Source of the DNA: Lama guanicoe
Taxonomy: Eukaryota
Assembly: GCA_013239625.1 (NCBI GenBank)
Contig: MU055574.1
Location: 20,568,115 to 20,632,114, forward strand
DNA: 64,000 nucleotides
Direction of reading: 5' to 3'
Position 1 is the first letter of the stretch. Every line of letters begins with the position of its first letter. Positions 49,301-62,800 of this stretch are shown one piece after another. Position numbers and translations under genes: made by a program. Under the pieces are notes generated by a model that was given only the letters and a program-made list of their open reading frames with translations, had not been told where the DNA came from and searched no databases.

Positions 49301-52300
49301 GGTGTCGTTGGGTCTGTCAGGCGTGTGCCCCGGCGGTGACGTCTGTCCTCTGCTCGCAGAACTCCAGGCCCATGTTAGTCAGCGCAGTGGAGGAATGCGA
49401 GTACACCTTCTCCTGGCCCACGGCAGCCGCGTGTCCCGTGAGGAGCAACGTGCACGGCGACTGCCAAGTCACCAACCCCGCCACAGGTGAGGGACCCCGC
49501 CGGACACACTGCGCACACACACAAGCTGGTCACACCACACACACACTGCCAGTCACACTGCACGCACAGCACACGGTGAGAGGCCGAGTGTGAGTCTGGG
49601 GAGCGCGGCACCCCGAGGCAGCAGCATCCTGTCCTGTCGGTGTGTGTGTTGGGTCTGCCCAGTGCTGTTGACTCGAGTTCTCCTTCAGTGGAGAAGAGAC
49701 TGATCCTCTGCCTGAAAGCCAGTCTCCCTGTAACTCCTGTTTCTGGGGTGCCGGTCACGAGCTCTAGGCCATCTCCTGTTACCTTTCAGAGTTAACGAGG
49801 GGCCACCAGGAGGCCTCCACCGAGTCTCTGTGCTGGGGACTGGAAAGGTGCAGGTTTATTGGCTGTGGGAGGAGTAGGGTCCTCCCGATCCCACCAGAGT
49901 CCTGGTGACCACTGTGGCCCTGCCCCAGGAGGAGGAGGAGGAGGATGCCGTGAGCCCCTGTCTCCTGGGGAAAGATGGGCCATTTCATAAATTTGGGAAC
50001 TGACGGCCTTGTGGTACTTCTTAGCTAGTAGGGAAGGGCTTTATGGCCGTGTCAGTGAAGGGGGCAGTGACTTGTGATGAGAAGTCAGGAGGCTGGATGG
50101 CTGGTGGAATCCATGGTGATGGGCCTCCAAGCATCCCCATCTGTCCCATCGCCCCCGCAGGACACCTGTTTGACCTGAGCTCTCTGAGCGGCAGAAGCGG
50201 ATACACCGCCGCTTACAGCGAGAAGGGGCTGGTCTACATCAGTGTGTGCGGGGAGAACGAGAACTGCGCCCCCGGCGTGGGTGAGTGCACCCACCCGCCT
50301 GCCTGTCGCGTGGCCCTCCTGTCCCCCGTCCCCAGGGTCGGCCTGCCCTCCGCACTCCTCTAGCGAAGAGAAGATGAGACGCCTTCACCTGCAGCAGGCG
50401 GCTAGTGGGGGGTATTTCGGGCCGTGTGATGAAATACGAGATGTGTAACATCTGCTAAAACCTCATAGGGTGCTCAAAATTACAAGCAACAGCTCTGAAT
50501 GTCAAAGTCTGGATTTGCAGAAAGTTCTCATCAGAGAATGAGACGTTCAGGACCCTCATCGTGTGTTTTTCCCTCCCCTTTTCGCGTCTGGGACAGGGGC
50601 CTGCTTTGGGCAGACCAGGATCAGTGTGGGCAAGGCCAGCAAGAGGCTGGCCTACGTGGACCAGGTCTTACAGCTGGTGTACGAGGACGGGTCCCCGTGT
50701 CCCTCCAAAACCGGCCTGAGCTACAAGAGCGTCATCAGCTTCGTGTGCCGCCCCGAGACTGGGCCCACCAACCGGCCGGTGCTCATCTCCCTGGACAAGC
50801 AAACGTGCACCCTCTTCTTCTCCTGGCACACGCCCCTGGCCTGCGAGCAGCCGGTGAGTCTGGGCCCGTGTGGCCTCTGACGAGTGCCCAGCTGTGCCAG
50901 TCTCCCTCTCCAGTTCTCCTTTGAGTTACATGCCCCCCCCCCCAAAGGTCCCTGTTGTTCATGTCACCAAGCAGTAGGGGGCACCGATCTGCTCTGTGTG
51001 CTTTTTTTGGTTTGGCTTAAATTCTCGGGGGTGACTTCATGGTGGCGAGGACATCCTGCTGTGGACGCCAGCGAGGTGCGTTTCCTCTCTGACAGACGGA
51101 GTGCTCTGTGAAGAACGGCAGCTCCATCATCGACCTGTCGCCCCTCATCCACCGCACTGGTGGGTACGAGGCCTATGACGAGAGTGAGGACGAGTACTCT
51201 GACGCCAGCCCTGATTTCTACATCAACATCTGCCAGCCGCTGAACCCCATGCACGGCGTGCCCTGCCCTGCCGGAGCCGCTGTGTGCAAAGTGCCTGTCG
51301 ACGGCGCCCCCATAGTGAGTGTGGGGGTCCCAGGGCGGAGGCGGTTCTGCAAGTGGAGGCTGACTTGGGAAGACGGAGTGGGGAACTGAGCTGGGGCTCC
51401 GTGTCTGGGTCCCGCGGGGGGAGGGTCAGTGTCAGGATTTGGCAGCAGAAGGCCTTTGAGTCATGGAAACACGTGTGAACACACACGTGTAGACACTCTT
51501 GTGTGTGGTGTTAGATGCCTCAGGGACATTGACGGGGCTTGGTTTCTTTGTTTAAATGCAGGTCTTGGGCCATTAAAACACTTGGAAAATGCAAGCATGT
51601 TCTTTGGCAAATGAGTCATAGTGCAGGGCACCAGCTGGTTCGCTGACAGCTGCGGACTCTGCCTTGACAATCTTGGTTTCATAAGCGCATTTCTCAGTGT
51701 AGATTGGGATCTTTAAAAATTGTCTTCATGAGTCACAGTCACGTTTTGTGAAACGCTCGGTGTGTTTTATTTGAAATGCATCTCAAAAGTGGGCTATTTC
51801 TGTCTGCATTCTTTAAACGGTGAGTCTTGTCACGAGGTACGTAGGTGTCCTTTAAAAGGCATTGTCTGTGGCGCTGGTGGGAGAAACGCTGGGAGTGGGT
51901 GGGGAGGCTGGTCATGATGGGACTTTGACAAAGGCTTAGCTACGTGACAAGCGCGGGGTCCAGAGAAGTGCCGTGGCGTCACCCCTGCTAACAGCGCAGG
52001 TGGGGGGCCTGCTGTGACTCACTTTCCGAGAGGTCCCGTCTGCTGTGTTTTCCTGCCTGGCTCCCTTTTTGCAGGTTAAAAAAAAAAGCAGTAAGTTCTC
52101 TAACTGAAGAGGATGTTGTGTCATTGTGGTCCGAACATGCCCCACAGCTGTGAACGAACCATGCCGTGTGGCTTCCCACACACACACACACACTCACACT
52201 CCTCACACACGCTGTTCCTGGCCAGTCAGCTTTCTTCCATTCATGTTTATTTGCTCTCAGGTGCTCCCTAAGCAGCCTGGGTGTGCAGGTGCTGTGCGAA

Positions 52301-53761
52301 GCCACAGAAGGTGGTGGGGGGTAAATGAGTGTGTGTGTCCTGAGGATGCACTGGGTCATTGGCCAGGGAAACAGCAGTCCCCATGCAGTGTTGGGCAGCG
52401 GGGAGACGGGACAGCATCAGGGCAGCTACGTGGGCTCCTGGAGGAGACGTCTCCTCCAGGAGACGGTGCAGCATTCCTGATGTGACCCGAGAGAGGGATC
52501 CCTGTTCCCTAGAATCTTCCAAAATCGGCCATGAGTAGAAACAGAACTGTTGTTACTAACATAGGCTCAAAACTGATAACCACGGGCAAACTGAAGTTTC
52601 TTTGTTGCACTGCACTGTCAGGATTTGTCAAAGGTGCTGCTCTTAACCCAGTTTCTTTAGATACTACCATTCTGCAAAACCAGTAACATAATTTTTACAA
52701 TTTTTTATTAGTCTTTATTCCCTTAACCTGGGGAACAACTAATTTCCTGAAATGTTTCCTTTCTTTCTTTGTTTAGGATATTGGCCGAGTCACAGGACCT
52801 CCAATACTCAACCCCATAGCTAATGAGGTTTACTTGAACTTTGAAAGCAGTACTCCTTGCTTGGTGGACAGGCATTTCAACTACACCTCTCTGATCACGT
52901 TTCACTGTAAGAGAGGCGTGAGCATGGTAAGTGAGCGCCTGTTCACTGTGGGAGCCGGGAACCCGAAACGCCTGATTCAGATCTAAGGATGCCCGTATTC
53001 AAAATACCAGTCTTGCATCATACGGTGTGTCAGTGGTGCATCGAGTAATTTAAAACCATTAACTTAACAATAAGTCAGTCCACGCTGGGTTACCAGGGCA
53101 GATTTTACACACAGAGGCTTGCTATAATTTAAAAATGTGAATGTTTATAAACAGTTGAGCACAGACGTGGCATTCACCTCTGCCTGCCAATACACAGAAG
53201 TGTCGGCTGTCTTTTCCCTTTTTTTGAATCACGACGTTACTGATGTTACTCTTAAACTGGGAAGTCAGACAGCTGTTTTGGCAGCTATGATCACTCAGGA
53301 CATAACCCAGAATTTAGAAATTAGCAGATGAAAGAAGACCTCTGGAATCAAAATAGCTACAACTAATCTGTACTTTCTACTTTTAAGGAGGCCATTGACA
53401 TCTTTACATGCATTTACCAAACAGCATTGGCTCCCATTAAAAAGGGTACTGTGTTGTTATAAATAGCTTTGTGTGAGTTCTCTTTTGACTTCCCATTAGA
53501 ATAGGAGATGAATTGGTAGAGTTTGCATTGACTCAGAAGGGCTGCCTAACGGCACACAGCCCTGCCTGCTGCTCAGGTGCAGAGCTCTGCCCCGGGCTGC
53601 CCTGCCCACAGCCCCTCCCTCTCCTGTGCTTCTGAAATCCTTAAAGCTCTGGACACCCAGTCTTTGATGTGGATGGACTGAGGCTACTTGGGCTCTGTGT
53701 CTCACTTAGTATGAATTTTCATACGTTTTGCTATAGAAATATTACCGTATTTGATTACAGG

Positions 53762-53820
<59 letters not shown>

Positions 53821-56800
53821 AATAAATATATCCTGAATTGCCTCTTAAAACCCTGCAGGTAATAAATTAATTCTAAGGCTCATCTGGCCCTAGGATGACA
53901 GGTAAAGGTCATGGTTCTGTAACCTGTCTCCTGATTTCAGTAAGGTGACTTTCTGATTCCTGTGGCAGGTTTGTGAGGGAAGGGGAGCTGTGGCTGCTGG
54001 AGAAGGGTCTGTGGACGGTGGCAGGAAGTGGCCCGGCAGCAGCCTAACAATGAGGGACAGGACAGTAATTGAGAGAAGTGGGCAAACACAGACCATTGCT
54101 GCCTGGGGCCTCTGCACGTAGAGCCCCACAGCACCCCGAAGCGGTGGACGTGTCCCTGCTCAGAGTGCTGGGCACGAGGATAACCCCGAGTGATCAAGAC
54201 AAGAGGAGCTGCTATCAGTCTCCCTTATCTCTCTGTGAGCCTGCATGTTGACATGGCCACGTCTGCACGCACGTCTCCAGGCGCCGTTGGACTTTCGCTG
54301 ATTCTCTGAGCAGCCTGCGGAGCGTGATCAGTCAGGGTTTATGAGGTGTTAGAGACAAGGCCACGTGTGCATTCAAGTTGGGAAAGATTTTAAAGAGATT
54401 TTCTTCCCCTGTGTTTTTTATCTTCAGTGGAAATACTTTCTCCACATAGGTTTATAGAAAAACAGACTCTCGACAACAACTAAAAATGAAAGTCCTCATC
54501 TGTTTTTGCGGCTGTTGCTGAACAAGGGAAGGGAGGGCGTAAATACGTTGACTTCTATTTATTTATAATACTTGGCCCGTGGAATGTTGGACCGTGTTGT
54601 GTCTCACACTTGTGAACATCCTCAGTTTCCGGGGAAGGTGGAGTGGAGACGCCCTCCGCGAGCACATCAGAGCCCTGGCCTCCCCACTTTGCGTCAGGAG
54701 TCCTCAGTTTCATATGCTTCTCTGTCATGACATTAAGGACCCCTCCCTTTCTTCCTTTGGGCTGGTAGCATCGAGCACTGAGACTCTGCCTCTAAGCGCA
54801 GGCCCACGGCTGGCAGTAGCAGGGCGTCGAGGTGGGAGGGCAGTGCTGCTTCCTTGCTGCTGGTGATGACAATCGCGCCCTCCTCTTGGAGAGAGGCCAC
54901 TGGGGGTCACCTGAGAACTGGGCGGTCTGGAGCAGCGCTGGAGCCCTCAGGCCCAGGCCGGTGTCTCTGGCCCTTGCCCAGGGAGGAGGGGCAGTGTGAG
55001 GATGCTGTGCTGAAATGTGGGTTTCCTTCCCATGCTCTTCCTTTAAACAGGGGACTCCGAAGCTGTTGAGGATGAGTGACTGTGACTTTGTGTTCGAGTG
55101 GGAGACCCCGCTGGTCTGTCCCGATGAGGTGAAAACGGAGGGCTGCTCCCTGACGGACGAGCAGCTGCACTACAACTTTAACCTGTCCAGCCTCTCCAAG
55201 AGCACCTTCAAGGTAACGCCGCTCGCCGGGGCCTGTGATCGGGGATGCAGTAAGGCCCACGTGGGTCCCTCCTTGTCTCCAGCCTGGCTTCTGCTGACCA
55301 AGGGGAGACGGTGGCAGGAGCTGCGAGGTTTCCTGACTTGAGACCCACTGGGGTGTGTGCTGGGGGGTGGCTGTTTCTCCCAGCCTCATGTCGTGGACTG
55401 TGTGCTATGTTGATGGGGCTGTGGACATCTCGGGTTGCCAGTGGTTGGGGAACCTCTAGGCCTGTGACATAGATGTTACTGAGTCGTACAGCTGTGGAGC
55501 CAGGCCACGAGATCTTAGTACTTTGCGGGGAGACTGGTGAGCGGTGAGCTCCAAATTGTGTGCCCGGGTTCCAGGGGCCTGGCCCCAGTAACGGATACTT
55601 TGCTGGGGCGCAGGCGCTCCCCACAGGTGTGCCGCAGGTGGAGCCTGCAGAGGGAGGGGGGCCGGGGAGGTACATGTGTAGTTAGGTTGTGGCCACTCTG
55701 CTTGGGCACTGAGTCTGCAGCACTCCCTGGTTAAAGGTGGGAGACCTGGGCTTCGAGAGTGGGGAGAGCAGCCTGAGATCTCACAGCTGGCTCCCTACCT
55801 CAGGCCTGCGGGAGCACAGCTGCTGTCTGGAGGCTGGGCCTGGGGGGAAGGTCAGGGCTGGGGAGAAGGAGGGTGAACTCCAAGGTGCCCACGCACAGCC
55901 CGTGGACACAGCCCCCCTCTCCTGCCCTAGCCACCCCTCTGCGGTGCCGGCCCTCTCCCCCAGAGACCCAGTCACAGCCATGCATGGTGATGTCTCTCCA
56001 GGTGACCCGAGACTCGCGCACCTACAGCGTTGGGGTGTGTACAGCGGCCACAGGCCTGGATCAAGGTGGCTGTAAGGATGGAGGCGTCTGTCTGCTTTCA
56101 GGGAGCAAGGGGACATCTTTTGGGCGGCTGGCGTCAATGAGACTGGATTACAGGCACCAGGACGAAGCCGTCATTTTAAGTTATGCCAATGGAGATAATT
56201 GCCCTCCAGGTAAATCTTTGCGGCGGGTGAATTTCAGTTTCCTAGTAAACACGAAATGAGACCTGGTGGCAGGAGTGAACTGAGGGGTGACACCCCAGAT
56301 GCTGTGAGCCCTGGGACTCTGGACTGGACCTCAGACTACTTGTACTAACAGCCCTGGGTGCCAGCACTCACGTGGTGACTGGGAGGCCTGGCTGTTCCCC
56401 TGCTGGTCCAGGGTGATTGTTTCCACGGGGTGGTCCTTGTCCTAGGGGATTGCACCTGGCCGGGCACAGCCAGTGTCATGATGGCAGTTGGGGTCATGCA
56501 GATTTCTTCTTCTTTCCAGAAACTGAAGACGGTGAGCCGTGTGTGTTCCCCTTCCTATTCAATGAGAAGAGCTACAATGAGTGTGTCCTGGAGGGCAGGG
56601 CCCGGCTCTGGTGCGCGACGACCGCCAACTATGACCGAGACCATGAGTGGGGGTTTTGCAGACACTGTGAGTGGAGCGCCCACATCCCAGAGGCCCGCCT
56701 TGTGCTCAGACCTCTGCGAGTGTCCAAATTCATGGCAGTGACTCTGCTGCACATAATCTTTTCTTGTCAGGGCTGTTTTCCATAAAGAAAGGCGGTTTTT

Positions 56801-59800
56801 TTGGGGGGGTAATTAGATTTATTTTTTAATGGAGGTACTGAGGAATGAACTCAGGACCTCGTGCATGGTAAGCACGTGCTTTACCCCTGAGCTATACCCT
56901 CCCTGCAAGAAAGGCTGTTTTTAAGCTCTCTGTGGGTTGTGCTGCGTTGCCTTGAACATAGACCTCGGCAGGACCAGGGGCCAAAGCAGGTGCGGGGTGG
57001 TCAGCGCGGCTCACTCCCCAGCTCGCAGGACTTTGGTCCACACCCGTTCTCAGCACTGGTGATTCACACTCACGCTGAGTGGAGCTACTGCTGTCACGGG
57101 TCTGTGGGGTGTCCAAGGAGTAATCAGGAGTGTGGTGACCGGCTGCACTGCTGGGGGCCTGGGCTGGGGGCTCACAGTGGCCCGGACGTAGCGCCCTTGC
57201 CGCTGCTGCGTGCGTGACACAGACCGATGTGAGTTTCCAGGAGGGTGGTGGGATGAATGCAGGAGAACGCGCTTAGTTCTTGTAAGTAACCGGGGAACGC
57301 AGTTAGCAGTAAGGACTGAGAAATGCTAACTTACAAGGGGCTGCTACAGTTCTGTCCTGAGGCTTTTCGTGGCAGGACCTTTCTCCTGGGCAGGTGGGTG
57401 ATGCTCCCAGGTTTAGGTAATTATAGGTATCTTATCATTACTGTTTGTTTTTTGCTGACATTCCTGTATTAATCACATACTGAACACCCGTCTACAAGGA
57501 GTTGTGCTGGTGTTGCAGAATTAAGAACTGGGGGAACCAGGTCTATTTAGGCTTAAGATACACGTGAAAGGAACAAAACGAGAGGTGGCCAGCGCAGCGT
57601 GGGGAGCGGCTGGGAATGGACAGAGCCCCTAGGTGCTAGCAGCAGAGAGGAGACAGGCTGAGGTCTGACACTTCTTCTGTGTCCCCAGCAAACAGCCACC
57701 GGACGTCGGCCATCATCTTCAAGTGTGACGAGGATGCTGATGTGGGGAGGCCACAAGTTTTCAGTGAAGTTCGAGGGTGTGAGGTGACGTTCGAGTGGAG
57801 AACAAAAGTTGTCTGCCCCCCGAAGAAGATGGAGTGCAAGTTCGTGCAGAAGCACAAAACCTATGACCTGCGGCTCCTGTCCTCCCTCACCGGGTCCTGG
57901 TTCTTCGTCCACGACGGGGCCTCGTGAGTCCCCGCCCCCGCCCCCCTCACCCCGCTCTCGGGCGGCAGGAGCCTACCGTTCCTGACAGGGCAGCTGCTTC
58001 CGCTCAGGCTCTGAAGGTGGGGCGGCAACGAGTCTCAGGCCCGGCGTCCAGCAGGCGGTTTGGAAGCAGAGGAAGCGGCTGATCGGCCGTCGGCCTGATG
58101 AATTAGTGTCGATTGGGTCTGCATCTGTGAGGGTGGCCGTCCAGGGCTGGGCGTGGGGAGGCGTGTTGACTTTCTCAGCGCTGCTGCACAAAGTCCTTTG
58201 GCCGCGCTGGCCCGAGGTTGGTCAGTTACGCTGATGGCTCTGTGTGCGTAGGGCCCTCGGCCGGGGGCTCTGAGGTCCTACATCCTCCCCGCAGAGGGCA
58301 GCGTGGCCCTGGAGGACCTCGGTAACCTCGAGTCAGGTAACGACTCGCCAGGGTTTGAGCTGCTGCCTGTCCTGACTCGAAAGCCCTCCTTCTAAAGCCA
58401 CCACACTCAGGGTCCCCCCCGTGTGCCTGGGGGGCACACATGCTCCCTTCTTCCGCAGTCAGCCCCTCTTGGGCCTTTGTTTCTCAGGAGATCTGTTCTG
58501 GTGCTGCGTCCAAAGGTGTGATGGAGTCTGTGGCTGTTGGAACGATGACTTCTCCCGGAGGGGTGGGAAGAGCTGCCCCGTGTGTGTCGGCATGGGCACT
58601 GACCATTGCTCCGTCTGTGTCCTTCCACAGCTACTACATCAACTTGTGTCAGAAGATCTATAAGGGGCCCCTCGACTGCGCCGACAGAGCCAGTGTTTGC
58701 AGAAAGAGCCCCTCGGGCGAGGTCCAGGTCTTGGGCCTTGTTCACACACAGAAGCTGGATGTCATAGGTAAGGCCTGGATCCTTGTCACGTGGTCACAGG
58801 TGCTGCTTCTGAGTTGGGAAGCTGAGGGTGTCCTCATGTGACCGGGAGGGTCAGCTCTGGCTTGGTTGAAACTTTTGGCGGCACTCTCAGTGACTCTTTC
58901 TCTGGCATTTGGCACCTCCCAGAACATTAAAGTAAGTTCTGCCCGAGATGCTTTGAGGCAGCAGATCACAGCCTGTGTGTCCAGAGGGCTCGGGGATCTC
59001 GGGAAGGTACCTGTGCCCAGGAGGAGGGTGGAATGTGCAGGGTCCCTCGGAATCTGCTCCAGCTGTGGGTTGTGTCTGAGTCTCCGTAGACACATGCGAG
59101 CATTTATTCTGGAAAGTCAAACGGTGACAGAACCTGGTAAAGACAATTCAGGAGGATGTTTTTGTAGGGTCTTAATTTGTAGATAAATAATGAAGCTTTT
59201 TTGAATAGTTTTAATAGAAAATTTATCTTGCAGTTGGTTGTTGAGTGAACAGTTCACTATGTAAAGGAAGGGTGGGGCTCTCCTGGTTTTGGAACAGTCG
59301 GGGTGTGTCAGAGGGCAGGAAAGGAGAAACGCTCACTTTGCTTGTTAGGCTAGCGTAGGGGTCCCTGAGTTGTCCTGATTAAACCACAGGGAGATTACAT
59401 CTGCTCAAGCTGTGGAAATGGAGGAAGGGGATTCTGAGGGAGCCACTGTCACCCTTAAGAAAAACCCTGCAAATTGGAACTGAAGGCGAGTTGCCCTGAG
59501 GGGGTGGGTGGCCAGACCTCCAGCCTGGCTCGCCCTCTGTCGGAGATGGTCCCACCTGCTCCTGGAGGGCGCATCATGGCCCGAGGGTGGCTCTGTCCCA
59601 GCCGTCTCATACTTATGTTTGGATATTTGACCTGACTCTCCCTCGGTTTCCCACAGCCAACTCGTAAAGCAACATTGAAGCCTCACCAGATTAGCTAGTA
59701 AAACCCCCTGTTTCCCGACACAGCGGGTGGGGTGTTACTCTGAGGTCCTTCCAGGGCAGCCGTCTAAGGACAGTCACCATGGCCGCCGCGTTCAGTTAGG

Positions 59801-62800
59801 GCATGTTGCCTCATGGGATGAAGAGATGGACTCTTGTCCCAGAACTAATAGTCCTGTATGACAGCCATGCTTTGTATGTTTGTGTGGGTGTATGTGTGTG
59901 ATCCTTAGCAGCGGTCCGGGTAGGTATTGAGTCCATTTCACAGGTGGAGTAACTGAGGCAGGGAAGGTTGAGTGTGTTGCCCGTCTGCTGTGGGGGGCAC
60001 TCTGCCATCAAGACCTGTGCTTGTTGGCTCCATATTCCAGCCATTTAAGAATTCCTCCTTAAAGCTGTGAAACTGTTTCTTCCAAAATTTCACACAGAGC
60101 CCAATAGGTAAAACAAATTCACCCAAAGTAGCTGGGCCTCACTTCTCACCCCCCTTTGAGTGGTTCCCTGGTCCCCTGCACCTTGGCCGTGCCCTGGAGG
60201 TCCCCTGGGCAGCTGGTACCTCGCCTGCCTCCGCATCCCCTGCCTTGAAGGACAGAGGTTGGATGTGTGAGAGTTGGGCTGGAGGGTGTGCTCCCTTCGA
60301 GGACCGCCCCATGCGGGCCCCCGGAGCCGCCATCTGTCCGCCGAGCTGCGTGGGCTCGGGCCCCCCGGGACAGCTCTCGGTGGCCACTGGGAGAAGCTGG
60401 CACCAGCAGCAGAGTTGGCTGGCTTGCCACGCTGGCCCCTGTGAGACGTGCAGCTGAAAGCGTGTCCCCACTTTTCTCTGACTCTGGAGGCTCGGGGCCT
60501 CAGCTGCTGCTTTTACCTTCTTCATCTTCGGGGGCAGAGAGAGCTCCGCGTGGAGCCAGGAGATCTGAGAAACCCAAAACTACCCCGTCTGGCTTTTCAC
60601 TTTGTCGGGCGGAGGTCTGGCACCTGCGCTGTTGTTACTGGGAGGCTCTGGTGTGAGGGTGGTGGGGAAGGCCCCCAAAAGTACACAGAAGTGGCACAGA
60701 GCTGGGGCAGTGATGGTAGCTGCGGGTACTGGGTCTGGCTCCACGCACGCGCTCTGAGGGCATACCCCTTCCAGCCCCGAAGCCGCTCACTTCAGGGGAG
60801 TCTTCCTGTCGCCCAAGTGAGGAGACCGCCCCGAAGTCAGCAGCCCAGTTGTGGAACTGGTGAGCGCAGGGAGCGGGGCTGGGACTTGAACCCGGGTCTC
60901 CTCTGGCCGTGCAGGTAGTGACGTGGGCCCAGCGCGGTCACCAGGCTTGGCGGTGCTGATAACCCAGGCAGTGAGTCTCCAGAGAGACAAATGTTTGTCC
61001 TTAATGTAGGTTTTGACTTTGACATCGAGGCTCCTGGGAGGCAGTGGAAATGACGTCAGTTCAATCCCCTGTGTTTCAGATGACAGAGTCATCGTGACTT
61101 ACTCAAAGGGCCATCAGTGCGGTGAAAACAAGACGGCGTCCACTGTCATCGAGCTGACCTGTGCCAAAACAGTGGGCCGGCCTTCGTTCACGCGGTGAGG
61201 GTGTAGGGGTCCCTGGGGGAGCTGTGCCCGGGGTGGGCCGGGACCCCGTCACAGTTTCTCCCTATGGCTTCCACTTGTAGGGTTGGGAGTGTGTGGGCAG
61301 CGGGGAGGGTGCTTGGGTTCCACAGTCGAGAGGGGGCCTGGCCGCTGAGACTTAGGGCCTGAGTGGGGCCAGGGCTGCCCTGCCCAAGGAGGAGTTTCTG
61401 CATGGAGGCTGGGACACATGTACTAGACTAAAACAGGCTTTAACTGGCTCCGTCTTTGAACGTCACTTTATAACCAAGAGGGCCCTGACTGGTGCCACCC
61501 AAGGCCAGCTGTTCAGGCAGCCTGTCTGGGACCCGCGGGCAGGTGGGGCAGCACCTGGGATGTTCTTGGATTAAACTGGGAATCTCTAGGCAGCTCCGAG
61601 TCTGGTGCGGGAGGAAGGCGTTCTGCCAACAGAGACAGCACATGAGCCGCTATTTGCGAGCAAACCGATTCCTCCCAGAAGCTGGGCTTGGAAGGGGGAG
61701 ACCCAGGTGCTGTCGGAGAGCAAATCAAGCTAAGAGTCTGAGGAGCTTGTAAAGTAAACATTCCAAAGTCTCCATGCACATTTTCCCAGCTTTTAGATGT
61801 TTATTTTAAAAATAGGTGACTTGCCTCCGTAGTCACGTCGTGGGTGTGCCGGAGGGTCGCCTTCCCGGTGCTGGTGCTGAGATGGGCCGGTAGAGCAGCC
61901 CTGCCCGCCGGGGCGGCCTGCCCCTCGCTGGGCAGAGGCATGGGCAGTGGGGGCCGTCGGGTCGATGGCTGTGACCAGGCCCATGTGTGCCCTGCAGGTT
62001 TGACATCAACAGCTGCACCTACTACTTGAGCTGGGAGTCACGGGCTGCCTGCGCTGTGAAGCCGCAGGAGGTGCAGATGGTTAACGGCACCATCACCAAC
62101 CCTGCCAACGGCCGGAGCTTCAGCCTCGGGGACATTTATTTCAAGTAAGTGGAAAGTTTCCCGTTCAAGTGCTGCCCCTCACTCAGGTCCCCCCCTGGCC
62201 GGCGGCTGTGAGGTAAACAGGCCCGTATGTTTCAGTCACCTTTCCAGGTAATTGTCAGCTTTTACTCAGACAGAAGGACAGCGTGACTCCACCACTGACA
62301 CTAATGATGGTGAATTGTCTTGAGTGTAAAAATAAAGCCACACCTTCTCCCTCACTTCATGATAAGCCCGGGGTTTGGAGCTGGAACCTTCCGGGCTCAC
62401 TGGCACGAGGAAGAAGACTTCGTTTCTCCACAGTGTCACTGGGGGGTGGTCTCGGGGTCCGGGGCCGTGCCGGGCAGCGTGTGAGGCTCCGAGCACAGAG
62501 GGTGGGGCAGTAAGATGGTGCCCTCGGCCCCTTCCCGGCTGGGAAAGGAGCTGGGGCCAGCGTCCCGCGGCCCTGTCCCGTCCCCGGGGCTCTGGGTCCA
62601 GGTGATAGAGGGCTTTCTCTAAGGACTGTGGAGTCACCACGGCCTTTTTCATGTATCCAGGCGATTCAGTGCCTCTGGGGACATGAGAACGAATGGGGAC
62701 AAGTACCTGTACGAGATCCAGCTGTCCTCCATCACGGGCTCCTCCAACCCGGCGTGCTCCGGGGCCAACATCTGTCAGGTGAAGCCCAACGACCGGCACT

